59,578 nucleotides of DNA from Patescibacteria group bacterium (GCA_018825335.1 JAHJEW010000051.1:1-59578), one strand, 5' to 3'. Shown: positions 44,501 to 52,443, counted from the first letter of the stretch. Notes: generated by a model from the letters alone, not told the origin. Numbers and translations: made by a program.

Positions 44501-44902
44501 CTGACTAAATACCACCTTAATAGGTGCATTGTAAGAAACAAGCCGAACATTTTCCTTCAAAGAATAACCAATAACCTGAGGTGCCGGAATTAAAGGATAA
44601 CTCACTACCCCGGAAATAAGCACAATCAACAATACCGCCACTGCATATGACCATCCGCCGAACGGAACTTTAAAGTAGGAGCTAAGAGAGACTTCTTTTG
44701 TGGTCTGATGAGCGGCTTTGATCTTTTTTGGCATGGTCTTGTGTTTAAGGAGTAATTGTTGGCGAAGTTTTTTCTGGAAAACGGGGCTCGGTGAATCTGG
44801 AGCCAATTTTTCTATGCTTTTAACGATATTATTCAGCTCAATTGGCGTCTTGCCATCAAGGTCTTTCATGAATTCCCTAATTTTCTTCTTATTAAAAAAC
44901 AT
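38543..44902 (-). CDS. bacterial alpha-2-macroglobulin family protein with thioester motif, membrane-anchored by an N-terminal TM helix
   Basis: 2119 aa. The thioester motif PYGCVEQ is encoded at 40013-40024 (CVEQ). N-terminal Ig-like (SbsA-type) repeats are followed by MG-like domains. The first ~85 aa are hydrophilic, then comes the TM segment WSYAVAVLLIVLISGVV. Confidence 0.9.
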   Translation of the reverse strand: MFFNKKKIREFMKDLDGKTPIELNNIVKSIEKLAPDSPSPVFQKKLRQQLLLKHKTMPKKIKAAHQTTKEVSLSSYFKVPFGGWSYAVAVLLIVLISGVVSYPLIPAPQVIGYSLKENVRLVSYNAPIKVVFSQPMDHGSVERAFHVEPSVAGKISWSGNSLLFYPKNPFNVGDRYDVFIGKEAKSLFQKQMEFDYEETFEIIGPPQVLLYNPAPDSENIANDAKITVLFDRPMTALKSLDEGVASAPKMIFNPPLNGKYKWLGTDSISFIPEKLLYATEYKVTIPKGTAAADGGTTDQDFSFSFVTQKPELIGTIPYDGSIYNGPDTKIRLDFNQPMKLGDANNKIHLYKYEGTGDIDNMLSSGSEALGQTAPGNDWKEITFKVEYLKQEDIKSEPTDYDYWNFNDEEKSPEDLKKSLILTPAQKLGYKSLYLATVDVSFGGEEGTFTLPKSAAVAFKTVGEVSIVSTTPENGVDMGMKINPDTGKKYSGGFYWAEIVFSHPMDSEGIEDKVWITPEKVDKDIGEKIKPSVSFSGNGTVLSIQYAFDASTDYKVGIRSGQPDQFGQKLESDFEYSFKTPALDPNFQLFQGGDISILDVNKPPIYYVKSVNTDTLDFRFKKLSDEEFRDLYADGYLNYGAVESVKGPFAGWSKRVENKFNQSIHTQIDLAKELGHNLEPGIYYFDLRSPGVVDYYGRQRVEHQVFVVTSVSLAVKRAPDKLLVWATGIADGSPMADLNISVLDNSGEEIFSGKTDKDGLASFAFPNNGPGDYYYKEYTVFGRGNGNFTLAHSSWSEGIAPWNFNIDFSPEVSHYFIYSYTDRPIYRPGHTVYFKGLVRRDLDAKFNLPDLKNVHVIVTDSQGDNVYEKDLNLNSNGTYNGELKLSDNARTGSYSISSTLIGASGPEYLNSFYTSFRIAEYRKPDYELTLEGDKDNYVDGDTARLDVKGAFFFGSPMPNADIDWTVTRQDYFFFIPFDSVSIYASKWFSFSDEGYLCFWGCEGDNEVVSSGKAKLNENGEYTLELPFNLNDKKISQLYTVEVTAHDLNNQTVSNRLILPVHQGEYYMGIMNDDYVVQQGKPAKLEVISVDYIGMPLAGKKADVALYKRKWNTIKKKNVDGGFYYENSFEDTLVETKSLTTNDKGFAAIEFTPKDGGDFRAVVTSTDSRGHGVTAATSVYVSTSGFVNWGLENNDRIELVADKPEYKSGDTAKILVKSPYENVWALVTQERNSILDTRVVKISSNSETIDVPITDASIPNVFVSVVLVKGSNDAAGLEEPPLGANDERNVAAFKIGYTTLQVDNKSKQLQIDVTTDKDKYKPREKVTVKIKTTNQSGAPAPAEVSISVVDKSVLSLTENVTADLLNEFYRIRMLGVSTAHTLTKALSRVNIMVEAGLKGGGGADRQKRGIFKDTAYWEATIETDASGNGEATFELPDNLTTWEILAIGITDDTLVGSKKHEFLVTKDVLVRPVLPRFLIMNDTMKIGGIVHNYLDRDMDFIVSLQADGVNIKDDVKKRITLKSGEEKKVEWNIEVINRQEAVLTFDVQSTFDVQIGDILEQKLPIYPFSFPEIVATAQTISDNAKHVETIWLPLGTDVNFGELGVSIAPTLSGSISKGLEYLMMFPYGCVEQTTSALLPNVILSQLLDLPIIDDDLVDKKELEKNVQAGLQLLYKFQNGNGGWGIWQTSEPTPYLTAYVLYTLNETKKAGFSVDENVINHGIEYLTSYMNSHELAKEEGIKPYSESRYQANARAYALFVLAELGHGDLALTNNLYSYKDVLNIFAKAYLVMTYDSLGGNEDKVTNLKNEILNLAKETPRGVHFEESYNIWQFFDTNTRTTALVLQMLTHVDSNNPYIPKILRNLLLEKKDGHFSTTQETAVSLIAMIDYLKTSGELDADYDATVTVNGTEKISKVFNKENLTDMESLVIPLSELMSDNQDNEVVFSKEGSGKMYADINMKYYLPTEKVEPRNEGIVVTHEYFTADDKKMEIPLSTVKLGDNLKARITLVVPEDRYYVMVEDFLPAGLEGIDFGLNTSQQSLQQEERRNMFFDSSWYFNYSEVRDDRMMYFADFLPKGVYEIEYYIRATTPGVFHDLPVLAQELYFPEVFGRSAGQILTVHE

Positions 44903-44911
44903 GGGGAAAAG

Positions 44912-45460
44912 TTAAGCAAAATATGATAGTTCAGGCTTAATCCTCCTAAGTGCCCTGTAAAGAATAACGGCAACATTGCTTTCCGAAAGCCCTGTAACGG
45001 CAACTATTTCACGATTTGTCATTTGCGCAAAAAACTTCAAGTGAACAACATTTAGATCCCTTTCAGGTAAATCCTTCAAAACTTCCCTGACTTTTTGGGC
45101 AAGCTCATTCTCGGCGGCTTTCTTATGGGGGGAGATTTCCTTATTATCCGCTACCAGCCTGCCTTCATCTAGCTCCGAAGTCTTCTTTCTGTTACTTTTG
45201 GAAAAAAAATTATTTATGGAATTGCGGGCAATCGTAAAAAGCCAGGCGGCAAAAGGAATATTGCGCCACTCGAAACCATCTATATGCTCAAGAGCTTTCA
45301 TAAACACCTCGCTTACAATATCTTCACTGTCCGCCTGATCTCTGACTTTCATCAGAGTGTACGCATAAATCTTGGGAAAATAGTAATCATAAAGCTTCCC
45401 GAAACTCTCACCATGAGTTTTGGCATCTTCCACCAGCTGTTTTTCCTCCTGTAAGTCCAT
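44912..45460 (-). CDS. ECF-type RNA polymerase sigma-70 family factor
   Basis: 182 aa. The region 2 pattern is DSEDIVSEVFMKALEHI..F..WLFTIARN. The region 4 HTH is MTNREIVAVTGLSESNVAVILYRALRRIK. Confidence 0.85.
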   Translation of the reverse strand: MDLQEEKQLVEDAKTHGESFGKLYDYYFPKIYAYTLMKVRDQADSEDIVSEVFMKALEHIDGFEWRNIPFAAWLFTIARNSINNFFSKSNRKKTSELDEGRLVADNKEISPHKKAAENELAQKVREVLKDLPERDLNVVHLKFFAQMTNREIVAVTGLSESNVAVILYRALRRIKPELSYFA

Positions 45461-45539
45461 ATAATAATGTATCGAAAAGCACTTACCAGTCAGCTTAGTA
45501 TATTTTATAGATAGTACAACAGAATATTTTCCAAAAGTA

Positions 45540-48041
45540 TTACAAAATCGAAAAAGAGACGGTCGGGCTTTTAATCAACGTACCATTTTCCAATTCTGTT
45601 TCCGCGTAAAAAGAATGAATACCTTTTTGGGGTAGCCAAAGATAGGTGTATGGAACTTTATTTTGTGTACCCACCTGTACATTATCAATATAAAAATTCA
45701 CCTTTAAGGTGGATTTGGGAGGAGTCACCCGAAGCGGTACCTTTTGATCCTCCGGTGGCAGTAGATTACTCAAAATGAACTCGTCATTATTGGCGGGGGA
45801 ATCAACTATAATAAGATTGGACTGTTCATCCGTATAGCCGTTTGCATAGGTGGATGAATAATCCGATGATGCTGCACAGGTGGCGAAATGCGGCAGTGCA
45901 AGCCCCTTGGAGGTCGCCCATTTCTGTAATTCCGGTGGATAGGCCACGAGCACTTTTTGCTCCAAAGACAAAGGATTATATTGATTCTTGCATTGATCCG
46001 GAATAATACTGCCGGAATTTTTATCAACAGTAAAAAGTTGATAATAATCATCGGTTTCTTTGGGTAGGTTATCAGAGGAGAAAAATTCGTATAGTCGTTC
46101 CTTGCAATATTCGGTGGGTAGCTTGCCGGATAAGGCGCAAATCTCTTTTTGAACAATACCGTCCGGCACCTGGAAATCCACTTTTGGTGAGGTGGCTAGC
46201 GCAGCCCCCATGAAATCCGCCCAGATTGGGGCCGCCCCGTCTATGCCGGAAACATTTTCCATGGGACTTGCATCCGCATTGCCTACCCAAACCGCCGTTA
46301 ATAGCTGCGGCGAAAAACCTATTGTCCAGTTATCTTTAAAATTACGGGTGGTACCTGTTTTTACGGCTGCCGGATGCGATATTTCCAGTACGCCGCCTTC
46401 CCCGAAGCCGGGTATGCGCGCAAGCGGATCTTTTAAAATATCAATTACTAAATATGAATTTTCTTTCCCATGCGGCCCGAGAACATAGGAGGAAACAGGC
46501 TTTGTCCAGGAATAAAGCTCAGTTCCATCCGACGTTTCCACTTTTGAAATAGTTGAATAGTCAAATTTAAAGCCATAATTGGCCAGAACATTATATGCCT
46601 GCGCCATATCAATTAGCCGCACTTCTCCGCCGCCCAGCGTAAGCGCCAGACCATAATGCCCGGCAGATTCTGTTAACGTGGCAATACCAAGATCCTTAAG
46701 AAAAGCAATGAAATTGCCCACCCCAACAAAGTCCAGCGTCTTTACCGCCGGAATATTAAAAGAGCTTGCAAGGGCCGTTCTTACCCGCACCGGACCATGA
46801 TAATCCAGGTCGTAATTCTTGGGAGAATACGGTCCCGTTTCCGTGGAGAACTGGGTGGGGATATCATAAATAATTGTTGCGGGATTATAACCTTTTTCAA
46901 AAGCCAATAAATAAGTTAACGGCTTAATGGAAGATCCCGGCTGGCGCAGAGCTGTTCCCATATCCACAGCTCCGTCAATCGAATCATCAAAATAATTGGC
47001 GCTGCCCACCCATGCCAGGATTTGCCCCGTTTTTACATCCATGGATATTAATGATCCGTTCGTAACATTATGCCGGTCAAGAAGGGCAATATGCCGATCA
47101 ATCGTTCTTTCCGCCAATTGCTGAAGATTATAATCAAGAGTGGTAACGACATTTAAGCCGCCTCTGTGAACCAGTTCCTCTCCATAAAGATCCTCCAGTT
47201 GAGTTAATACATGGTGCACAAAATGAGGAGCTTTAATGGGATACCTGTTTGCCTGAAGATCAATAGCCTCCGCAGATGCAGAGTCCGCATCCGCCTGAAC
47301 CAGAAATTTTTGCTTAACCATCTGATCCAAAACATACTTTTGCCGATTTTTGGCTTGCGAAAAAGCAGTATATGGATCGTAAAGCGAGGGTGACTGAGGC
47401 AAACCGGCAATAAAGGTTATTTGAGCCAGATCCAGATCGTAAACATGCCTTCCAAAATAGTTTTGCGCAGCCGCTTCAACCCCATAAGAAAGATTCCCAA
47501 AATAAATTTTATTCAAATAAAGCTCTAAAATCTCATCTTTTGAATAAAAGTTACTTAGACGCACGGCATAAATGGCTTCCATGGCCTTATCCCAAATATT
47601 TTTATTCGGACGCCCAAGCATATTTCTGAACAGCTGTTGGGTAATCGTACTGGCACCGCTGACTATCCGTCCCTCGCGCACATTAAAGAAAACAGCCCTT
47701 CCTATAGCCAGAATATCAACTCCAGGGTGTGAATAAAAATTAATATCCTCCGCCGCCAGAGTGGCATCAATCAGACTTTGCGGCATTTTTTCAAGCGGAA
47801 TAAAAGTCTTGCGCCCCGACTCCGGAAGAAGAACCTCGTAAAGCAAAACACCATTGCGATCAAAGATCTTTGTCGTGGCAATATTCCGGGTATCCGCGAA
47901 CGGATCGGGCAAAGGCAGGAAATAGGCGATATACAAATAAAAAGAACAGATCAAAGCAACCAGACAAAACAAAACAGCCATCATCCAAAACCAAACCGGA
48001 TGCAGGGCTGCCCATTTTCTTATTTCCAGAACTGATACCAT
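45540..48041 (-). CDS. pbpC: bifunctional class A penicillin-binding protein, PBP1C-like (glycosyltransferase plus transpeptidase plus C-terminal beta-domain)
   Basis: GT51 motifs AAEDINFYSHPGVD and GASTITQQ. Transpeptidase motifs SSIK, SFN and KTGTT. The C-terminal ~90 aa resemble the PBP1C C-terminal domain. N-terminal TM anchor. Confidence 0.85.
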   Translation of the reverse strand: MVSVLEIRKWAALHPVWFWMMAVLFCLVALICSFYLYIAYFLPLPDPFADTRNIATTKIFDRNGVLLYEVLLPESGRKTFIPLEKMPQSLIDATLAAEDINFYSHPGVDILAIGRAVFFNVREGRIVSGASTITQQLFRNMLGRPNKNIWDKAMEAIYAVRLSNFYSKDEILELYLNKIYFGNLSYGVEAAAQNYFGRHVYDLDLAQITFIAGLPQSPSLYDPYTAFSQAKNRQKYVLDQMVKQKFLVQADADSASAEAIDLQANRYPIKAPHFVHHVLTQLEDLYGEELVHRGGLNVVTTLDYNLQQLAERTIDRHIALLDRHNVTNGSLISMDVKTGQILAWVGSANYFDDSIDGAVDMGTALRQPGSSIKPLTYLLAFEKGYNPATIIYDIPTQFSTETGPYSPKNYDLDYHGPVRVRTALASSFNIPAVKTLDFVGVGNFIAFLKDLGIATLTESAGHYGLALTLGGGEVRLIDMAQAYNVLANYGFKFDYSTISKVETSDGTELYSWTKPVSSYVLGPHGKENSYLVIDILKDPLARIPGFGEGGVLEISHPAAVKTGTTRNFKDNWTIGFSPQLLTAVWVGNADASPMENVSGIDGAAPIWADFMGAALATSPKVDFQVPDGIVQKEICALSGKLPTEYCKERLYEFFSSDNLPKETDDYYQLFTVDKNSGSIIPDQCKNQYNPLSLEQKVLVAYPPELQKWATSKGLALPHFATCAASSDYSSTYANGYTDEQSNLIIVDSPANNDEFILSNLLPPEDQKVPLRVTPPKSTLKVNFYIDNVQVGTQNKVPYTYLWLPQKGIHSFYAETELENGTLIKSPTVSFSIL

Positions 48042-48442
48042 TTTTTATTATTCGGCTCCTCTAAAAGCTTAAGCTGATTTTCCATGACCACAAACCGATC
48101 CTGGAAAGTCTTCATAAAACGCATAAAGCTTTGTTTTGCCTGTTCATGTTCAGATAAAATATTACCTATTTCCGCCTGAACTTTGTTAAGATCATCAATA
48201 GTGGCAAACTCCTGCGCAATGGCTTTATTCCCACTAATATTTCTCTGCTTTCTATCCTGCTTGGAAACGCGCAATTTGTATAGTTCAATAATGCTTTCCC
48301 GATTAATCAAATAGTTAAAACCCTGTGGCGTTCTTTTCCTTTTGGAAGCTACTTTATTGGCCTTAATGGCCCTCCTCAAAGTTTGAACCGATTTGCCGCT
48401 TAGCGCCGCCGCTTCCTGAATTGTAATGAGAGCACCAGCCAT
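48020..48442 (-). CDS. excisionase/MerR-type HTH protein with a predicted coiled-coil tail
   Basis: ITIQEAAALSGKSVQTLRRAIKANKV is a typical HTH_17-like segment. 140 aa. Its 3' end overlaps the PBP gene start by 22 nt. Confidence 0.6.
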   Translation of the reverse strand: MAGALITIQEAAALSGKSVQTLRRAIKANKVASKRKRTPQGFNYLINRESIIELYKLRVSKQDRKQRNISGNKAIAQEFATIDDLNKVQAEIGNILSEHEQAKQSFMRFMKTFQDRFVVMENQLKLLEEPNNKKWYQFWK

Positions 48443-48559
48443 AATCGAAAATGATAACCTTACGTTGCATTATATTGGTTACCCACCCGCTTAATCAAGC
48501 AAAAAGCCGGGTGCGTTTATAGCAAAGCAAAACCCCTCATCGCATTGCAGGGTGCAAGA

Positions 48560-48635
48560 TGGTGGGCCAAGCAGGAATCGAACCTGCGACCATCTGCTTA
48601 AAAGGCAGCTGCTCTACCGACTGAGCTATTGGCCC
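48560..48635 (-). tRNA. tRNA-Lys (anticodon UUU), CCA encoded
   Basis: The reverse complement gives acceptor GGGCCAA/TTGGCCC, discriminator A plus CCA, T-arm GGTTCGATTCC, and anticodon loop CUUUUAA flanked by a CUGC/GCAG stem. Confidence 0.9.
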
Positions 48636-48689
48636 TAAATATCTTCATGCAAAAAAGCCCCACTATTCTATTGATAGAGCATTTGTTTA

Positions 48690-49280
48690 TCAAGCCGATT
48701 TTTTGTGGAAAAGACTCAAAAGAATCATGCCAACGCCCGGAATGAAAAACCACATATTTGAATAATCAATCATTAATCGTACAAAGCGGGACTCACCATA
48801 AATAGAGGTGAGCGGGCTGTTCGCATTAGCAACATCCGATATCAATGATCCTCCGGCAACAAAAATCATTATCGCGCTCATCATAAGGCCGGCGCTCATA
48901 ACGCCAAGAGCAAGGTTGATACCCATTTTAAGACTCAAAGGCCGACTATCATCAGCATCAAAATTATAAAGTCCCCGCACGGCAATAATCACAATAAAGG
49001 TAATAAGAATAAGTACCTTGAAAAAAGCCGTCGCCTGGTCGGAATTAGCTATTGCAAAAAGTCGCAGAAACTTTAGAAACGATTCCGAATTGGCAAGATA
49101 AGTGGAAAAAAGATTACCGACCGCATCACTGCATAAGATCGCCACATAGGTTGCGGAAATAACTTTAAGGGTCTGGTTGCGCCCGATAATGAAGCTATAG
49201 GCAACTACAACGCCAAAGAATGCCAGAATAAACAGATCCCAAGAAAGGTTAATATTCATTGCAGCCAAATAATCAATCAA
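48690..49280 (-). CDS. integral membrane protein (about 5 TM segments)
   Basis: 196 aa and strongly hydrophobic throughout. No motif recognised. Confidence 0.55.
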   Translation of the reverse strand: MIDYLAAMNINLSWDLFILAFFGVVVAYSFIIGRNQTLKVISATYVAILCSDAVGNLFSTYLANSESFLKFLRLFAIANSDQATAFFKVLILITFIVIIAVRGLYNFDADDSRPLSLKMGINLALGVMSAGLMMSAIMIFVAGGSLISDVANANSPLTSIYGESRFVRLMIDYSNMWFFIPGVGMILLSLFHKKSA

Positions 49281-49333
49281 TTGCCACTCATTATACTGGC
49301 AATCATTGCAAGTGCAAAGTGCTTAAAAAAAGA

Positions 49334-50479
49334 CTAGCTCAAAAGGCTGTCCAGGAACCCCTTTTTCCCTTTTGTGCTAATCTTTGCCTCTTTGGCCAAT
49401 TGTAAATAAAGATCCTTTTCTTTGCGCGAAAGTTTTAAAGGGATATCGACAATGATTTTGGTGTATTGATCGCCCTTGCCGGTGCCGCGAAGTTTTTCAA
49501 TCCCGTATTCCTTCAGGCGAAAAACCTTACCGCTTTGGGTGCCTGCCGGAATTTTTAGCGTAACTTTTTCACGAAGAGTATCAACTTCAATCTCATCACC
49601 AAGGAGGGCTTGCAATAAATGAATATGGAGTTCGTTATGAATGTCGTAGCCGTTTCGCACAAATTTTTTGCTGGGCGCGGTGCGAATATGAATGTACAGA
49701 TCGCCGCTGCCGCCGCCCAAATAACCGGCCTCACCCTTACCGCTAAGGCGAATGGTGGAATCGTTATCGACTCCAGCCGGAATTTTAACTCTGACTTTTT
49801 CATCTTTTTTCATGCGGGTGGAACCATGACATACGGTGCATATTTTCTCATGTGTCCGACCTTCACCGTTGCATTCATTGCAGGCCGTGGATGTCGCCAT
49901 CTGACCAAAAAGCGTTTGCCTGACTGTCCTGATTTCACCGGTGCCGTTGCAAATTCTGCATGTCACGGACTTGCTACCGGGCTCTGCGCCGGTGGCGTGA
50001 CAATGATCACATTGCACGGCCTTGGTCACCATTAAATCTTTTTCCGTCCCAAATGCGGCCTCTTCAAAAGATATTGTGAGTTGAAATTCAATATCGCTGC
50101 CGGGTATGGGGCCGGTACGCTTTCTCTTGGCGCCCCCGGCGCCTCCAAAAAAAGTTTCAAAAATATCTGAAAACCCGCCTCCGCTAAACTGGGAAAAATC
50201 AAATCCGGATGCATTAAATCCCTGGGCTCCCCCAAATCCGGTGCCACCCCCAAAGCCCTGGCCGCCTGCGGAGCCAAAAGTGTCGTAATGAGAACGTTTC
50301 TGCTTATCCGAAAGAACCTCATAAGCCTCATTCGCCTCTTTGAACTTGCTTTCAGCGGCTTTATCGCCCTTATGTTTATCCGGATGATATTGTTGCGCCA
50401 ATTTCCTGTAAGCTTTTTTTATTTCGAGGTCGCTGGCATTTTTAGAAACGCCAAGAACTTCGTAGTAGTTTTTTGCCAT
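49334..50479 (-). CDS. dnaJ: molecular chaperone DnaJ
   Basis: J-domain [20 protein letters not shown], a G/F-rich linker, and four CxxCxG(x)G zinc motifs ([32 protein letters not shown]). Confidence 0.95.
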   Translation of the reverse strand: MAKNYYEVLGVSKNASDLEIKKAYRKLAQQYHPDKHKGDKAAESKFKEANEAYEVLSDKQKRSHYDTFGSAGGQGFGGGTGFGGAQGFNASGFDFSQFSGGGFSDIFETFFGGAGGAKRKRTGPIPGSDIEFQLTISFEEAAFGTEKDLMVTKAVQCDHCHATGAEPGSKSVTCRICNGTGEIRTVRQTLFGQMATSTACNECNGEGRTHEKICTVCHGSTRMKKDEKVRVKIPAGVDNDSTIRLSGKGEAGYLGGGSGDLYIHIRTAPSKKFVRNGYDIHNELHIHLLQALLGDEIEVDTLREKVTLKIPAGTQSGKVFRLKEYGIEKLRGTGKGDQYTKIIVDIPLKLSRKEKDLYLQLAKEAKISTKGKKGFLDSLLS

Positions 50480-50634
50480 CAGAGTGAGCGTTAGCGAGCT
50501 CTCGCGTGCGTAAGCACGCTAATAATAGTGCAGCGAAGTTTGCGAAGCAAACACAATATCTTAACAATATCATATTTGAAAACCCCCCCGCGGTAGTATA
50601 AAGTTACCCGCGCCTGGTCAAATACAATAAACGC

Positions 50635-50710
50635 GGTCCCATCGTCTAGTGGCCCAGGACGCCACCCTCTCACGGTGGAAACACGGGTTCGACTCCCGTT
50701 GGGACTGCCA
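50635..50710 (+). tRNA. tRNA-Glu (anticodon CUC), CCA encoded
   Basis: GGTCCCATCGTCTAGTGGCCCAGGACGCCACCCTCTCACGGTGGAAACACGGGTTCGACTCCCGTTGGGACTGCCA. Very similar to canonical bacterial tRNA-Glu. The anticodon loop is CUCUCAC and pair 1:72 is G:U. Confidence 0.9.
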
Positions 50711-50835
50711 AAAAGTGAATACTTTCGATTTTAGCTGCGTTGGCTGCGAATAAAATTTCCATCGCCGTATGTCCCTATACGGCTCAGGAAATTTTTTCTT
50801 GCCGCCTTGTAAAATCGAAAGTATTCACTTTTTGG
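50708..50835. repeat. 128-nt long palindrome (26-bp perfect terminal inverted repeats plus partly palindromic interior)
   Basis: ccaaaaagtgaatactttcgatttta at 50708-50733 is the exact reverse complement of 50810-50835. Inner arms aaaatttcc/ggaaatttt and gccgtat/atacggc also pair. The left arm starts at the CCA of tRNA-Glu. Confidence 0.85.
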
Positions 50836-50861
50836 ATAGCGAAAAATAAGCCGCGGAGGCC

Positions 50862-51416
50862 TTATTCTTCCTCCTTTTTCTTTTTTATCGTGTGCTGAAA
50901 TTTCAGAACGGCAAAGTTCAGCTCAATGGTGGTTTCACTTTCGCTAAAAGATAAGTCGTCTTCCATAATTTCGGCAATAATTTCTCCACTTTTTCGCATC
51001 AGCTTTTGCTTTTGTTGTTCGTCAGGCGGGGCAGATAATTGGCGGATGTTACGTGAAAGGTGTTTAACTCTGGCAAAAGTTTCAATAATTGCAAGGGTGG
51101 TTTGGGTTGCTTTGGGGCTTTTCAGGATGGTTGCAAGCATATAGAGTCCTTTTTCGGTAAAAGCTTTGGGGTTTGGCGTAGAGTGTTTCAGCAAATTGAA
51201 CTGGTGGAAATTTTCCACCAGTTCGTTTTTCTCAGCGATCGACAATTCAAAAACATATCCTTCGGGAAACTTATACGGATTATTTTTAACAGATTTATTA
51301 ATATCGCGCGTTGCCACACCGTAAAGCGCAGCCACATCACTATCCATAATAACTTTTTGTCCTCTGATCTCAATAAGTTTGCTTTGTACGTCTTCAAAAT
51401 TTGCGATTTCCGGCAT
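50862..51416 (-). CDS. ORF6N/KilA-N-related DNA-binding domain protein (start refined to internal Met)
   Basis: IEIRGQKVIMDSDVAALYGVATRDINKSVKNNPYKFPEGYVFELS matches the ORF6N domain pattern. The long track ORF (to 51641) would overlap the divergent PRTase gene. ATG confirmed as cat at 51414-51416. Confidence 0.65.
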   Translation of the reverse strand: MPEIANFEDVQSKLIEIRGQKVIMDSDVAALYGVATRDINKSVKNNPYKFPEGYVFELSIAEKNELVENFHQFNLLKHSTPNPKAFTEKGLYMLATILKSPKATQTTLAIIETFARVKHLSRNIRQLSAPPDEQQKQKLMRKSGEIIAEIMEDDLSFSESETTIELNFAVLKFQHTIKKKKEEE

Positions 51417-51500
51417 AGGTTTCCTGTTCCTGAAAGATTTATGGATGACCACACTTTTATACAGTACAATCATTAAGAATTTATAAAGCAGACATAAAAA

Positions 51501-52172
51501 ATGCACTTTGAGGATCGCATTGAAGCTGCCAAACAGCTGGTTCCAAAGCTGGAAAAGTATAAAAACGCCACAGCTACTTATATTTTGGCAATTCCTCGCG
51601 GATCGCTGGAGATGGGGTATGAACTTTCCAAAACGCTTCACCTGCCGCTGGACATTGTTGTGACAAGAAAGATCCCGGCACCCGGCAACGAGGAGTACGC
51701 AATAGGATCGGTTGCCCCCGATGGAGGAACGCTTTTAAACGAGGAGGCGGTCAGGGGATACGGAATTTCTCCGGAATATATCAACAACGAAAAAGATAGA
51801 CTTTTGGTTGAGATAAAGCGCCGCTATAAAATGTACAGAGCCCCCGCGGACAATAATATAATCCCTTCTTTTACAGGGAAAACAGTCATTATTATTGACG
51901 ACGGGATTGCCACGGGCTTTACCATGAAGGCCGCAATCTCCTACCTGCGGCGCGAAAAAGTAAAAAAAATAGTAGTGGCGGTTCCGGTTGCCGCCCCGGA
52001 CACTGCAAAAGAAATTGCAGATATGGTGGATGAGTTTATTTGCCTTTCCACGCCCATGTTTTTTGCAGCCGTGGGTCAGTTTTACGAAAATTTTCCGCAG
52101 GTCTCGGATGAAGAAGCGGCGAATTTTCTAAAAAAAGCCGCAGATTTGTTCAAAACATCGCAAAAACCTTAA
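51501..52172 (+). CDS. phosphoribosyltransferase-family protein
   Basis: The PRPP-binding loop is VIIIDDGIATGFTMKAA. 223 aa. Confidence 0.75.
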   Translation: MHFEDRIEAAKQLVPKLEKYKNATATYILAIPRGSLEMGYELSKTLHLPLDIVVTRKIPAPGNEEYAIGSVAPDGGTLLNEEAVRGYGISPEYINNEKDRLLVEIKRRYKMYRAPADNNIIPSFTGKTVIIIDDGIATGFTMKAAISYLRREKVKKIVVAVPVAAPDTAKEIADMVDEFICLSTPMFFAAVGQFYENFPQVSDEEAANFLKKAADLFKTSQKP

Positions 52173-52414
52173 ATAAGAAAACATTTCAACAATATGTCTT
52201 GCTAAATATTGAAACAAATGACCTTTTTAATAGTTTGATCGCATGGCTGCAATTGACTTGAATAATGCAGTTTGATAAATTTTCTTTTGAACCCGAAGCC
52301 CGGCAAGGCTTGGAATTGCGCTTATTTATAAGCGGCAGAATGCGCTGATCTTCGCGAGAAAAAGATGAACTGGGAGCTACAAATATCTACAAATTTTTGG
52401 TGTCATTTTGATCT

Positions 52415-52443
52415 TTGACAACAAGAAACGAAGCGCTGACAAT
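52415..52443 (+). promoter_or_regulatory. candidate promoter giving a ~200-nt leader for the S-layer gene
   Basis: TTGACA at 52415-52420, a 17-nt spacer, then GACAAT at 52438-52443. Weak -10, so low confidence. Confidence 0.25.

Noticed and set aside
50491-50673. 60-aa minus-strand ORF
   Set aside because: It overlaps tRNA-Glu and the dnaJ leader and has no coding-like features.
51417-51641. 75-aa N-terminal extension of the ORF6N-domain ORF
   Set aside because: It is hydrophobic and Cys/Phe-rich junk-like sequence that would overlap the divergent phosphoribosyltransferase gene by 141 nt. The domain starts right after the internal Met at 51416.
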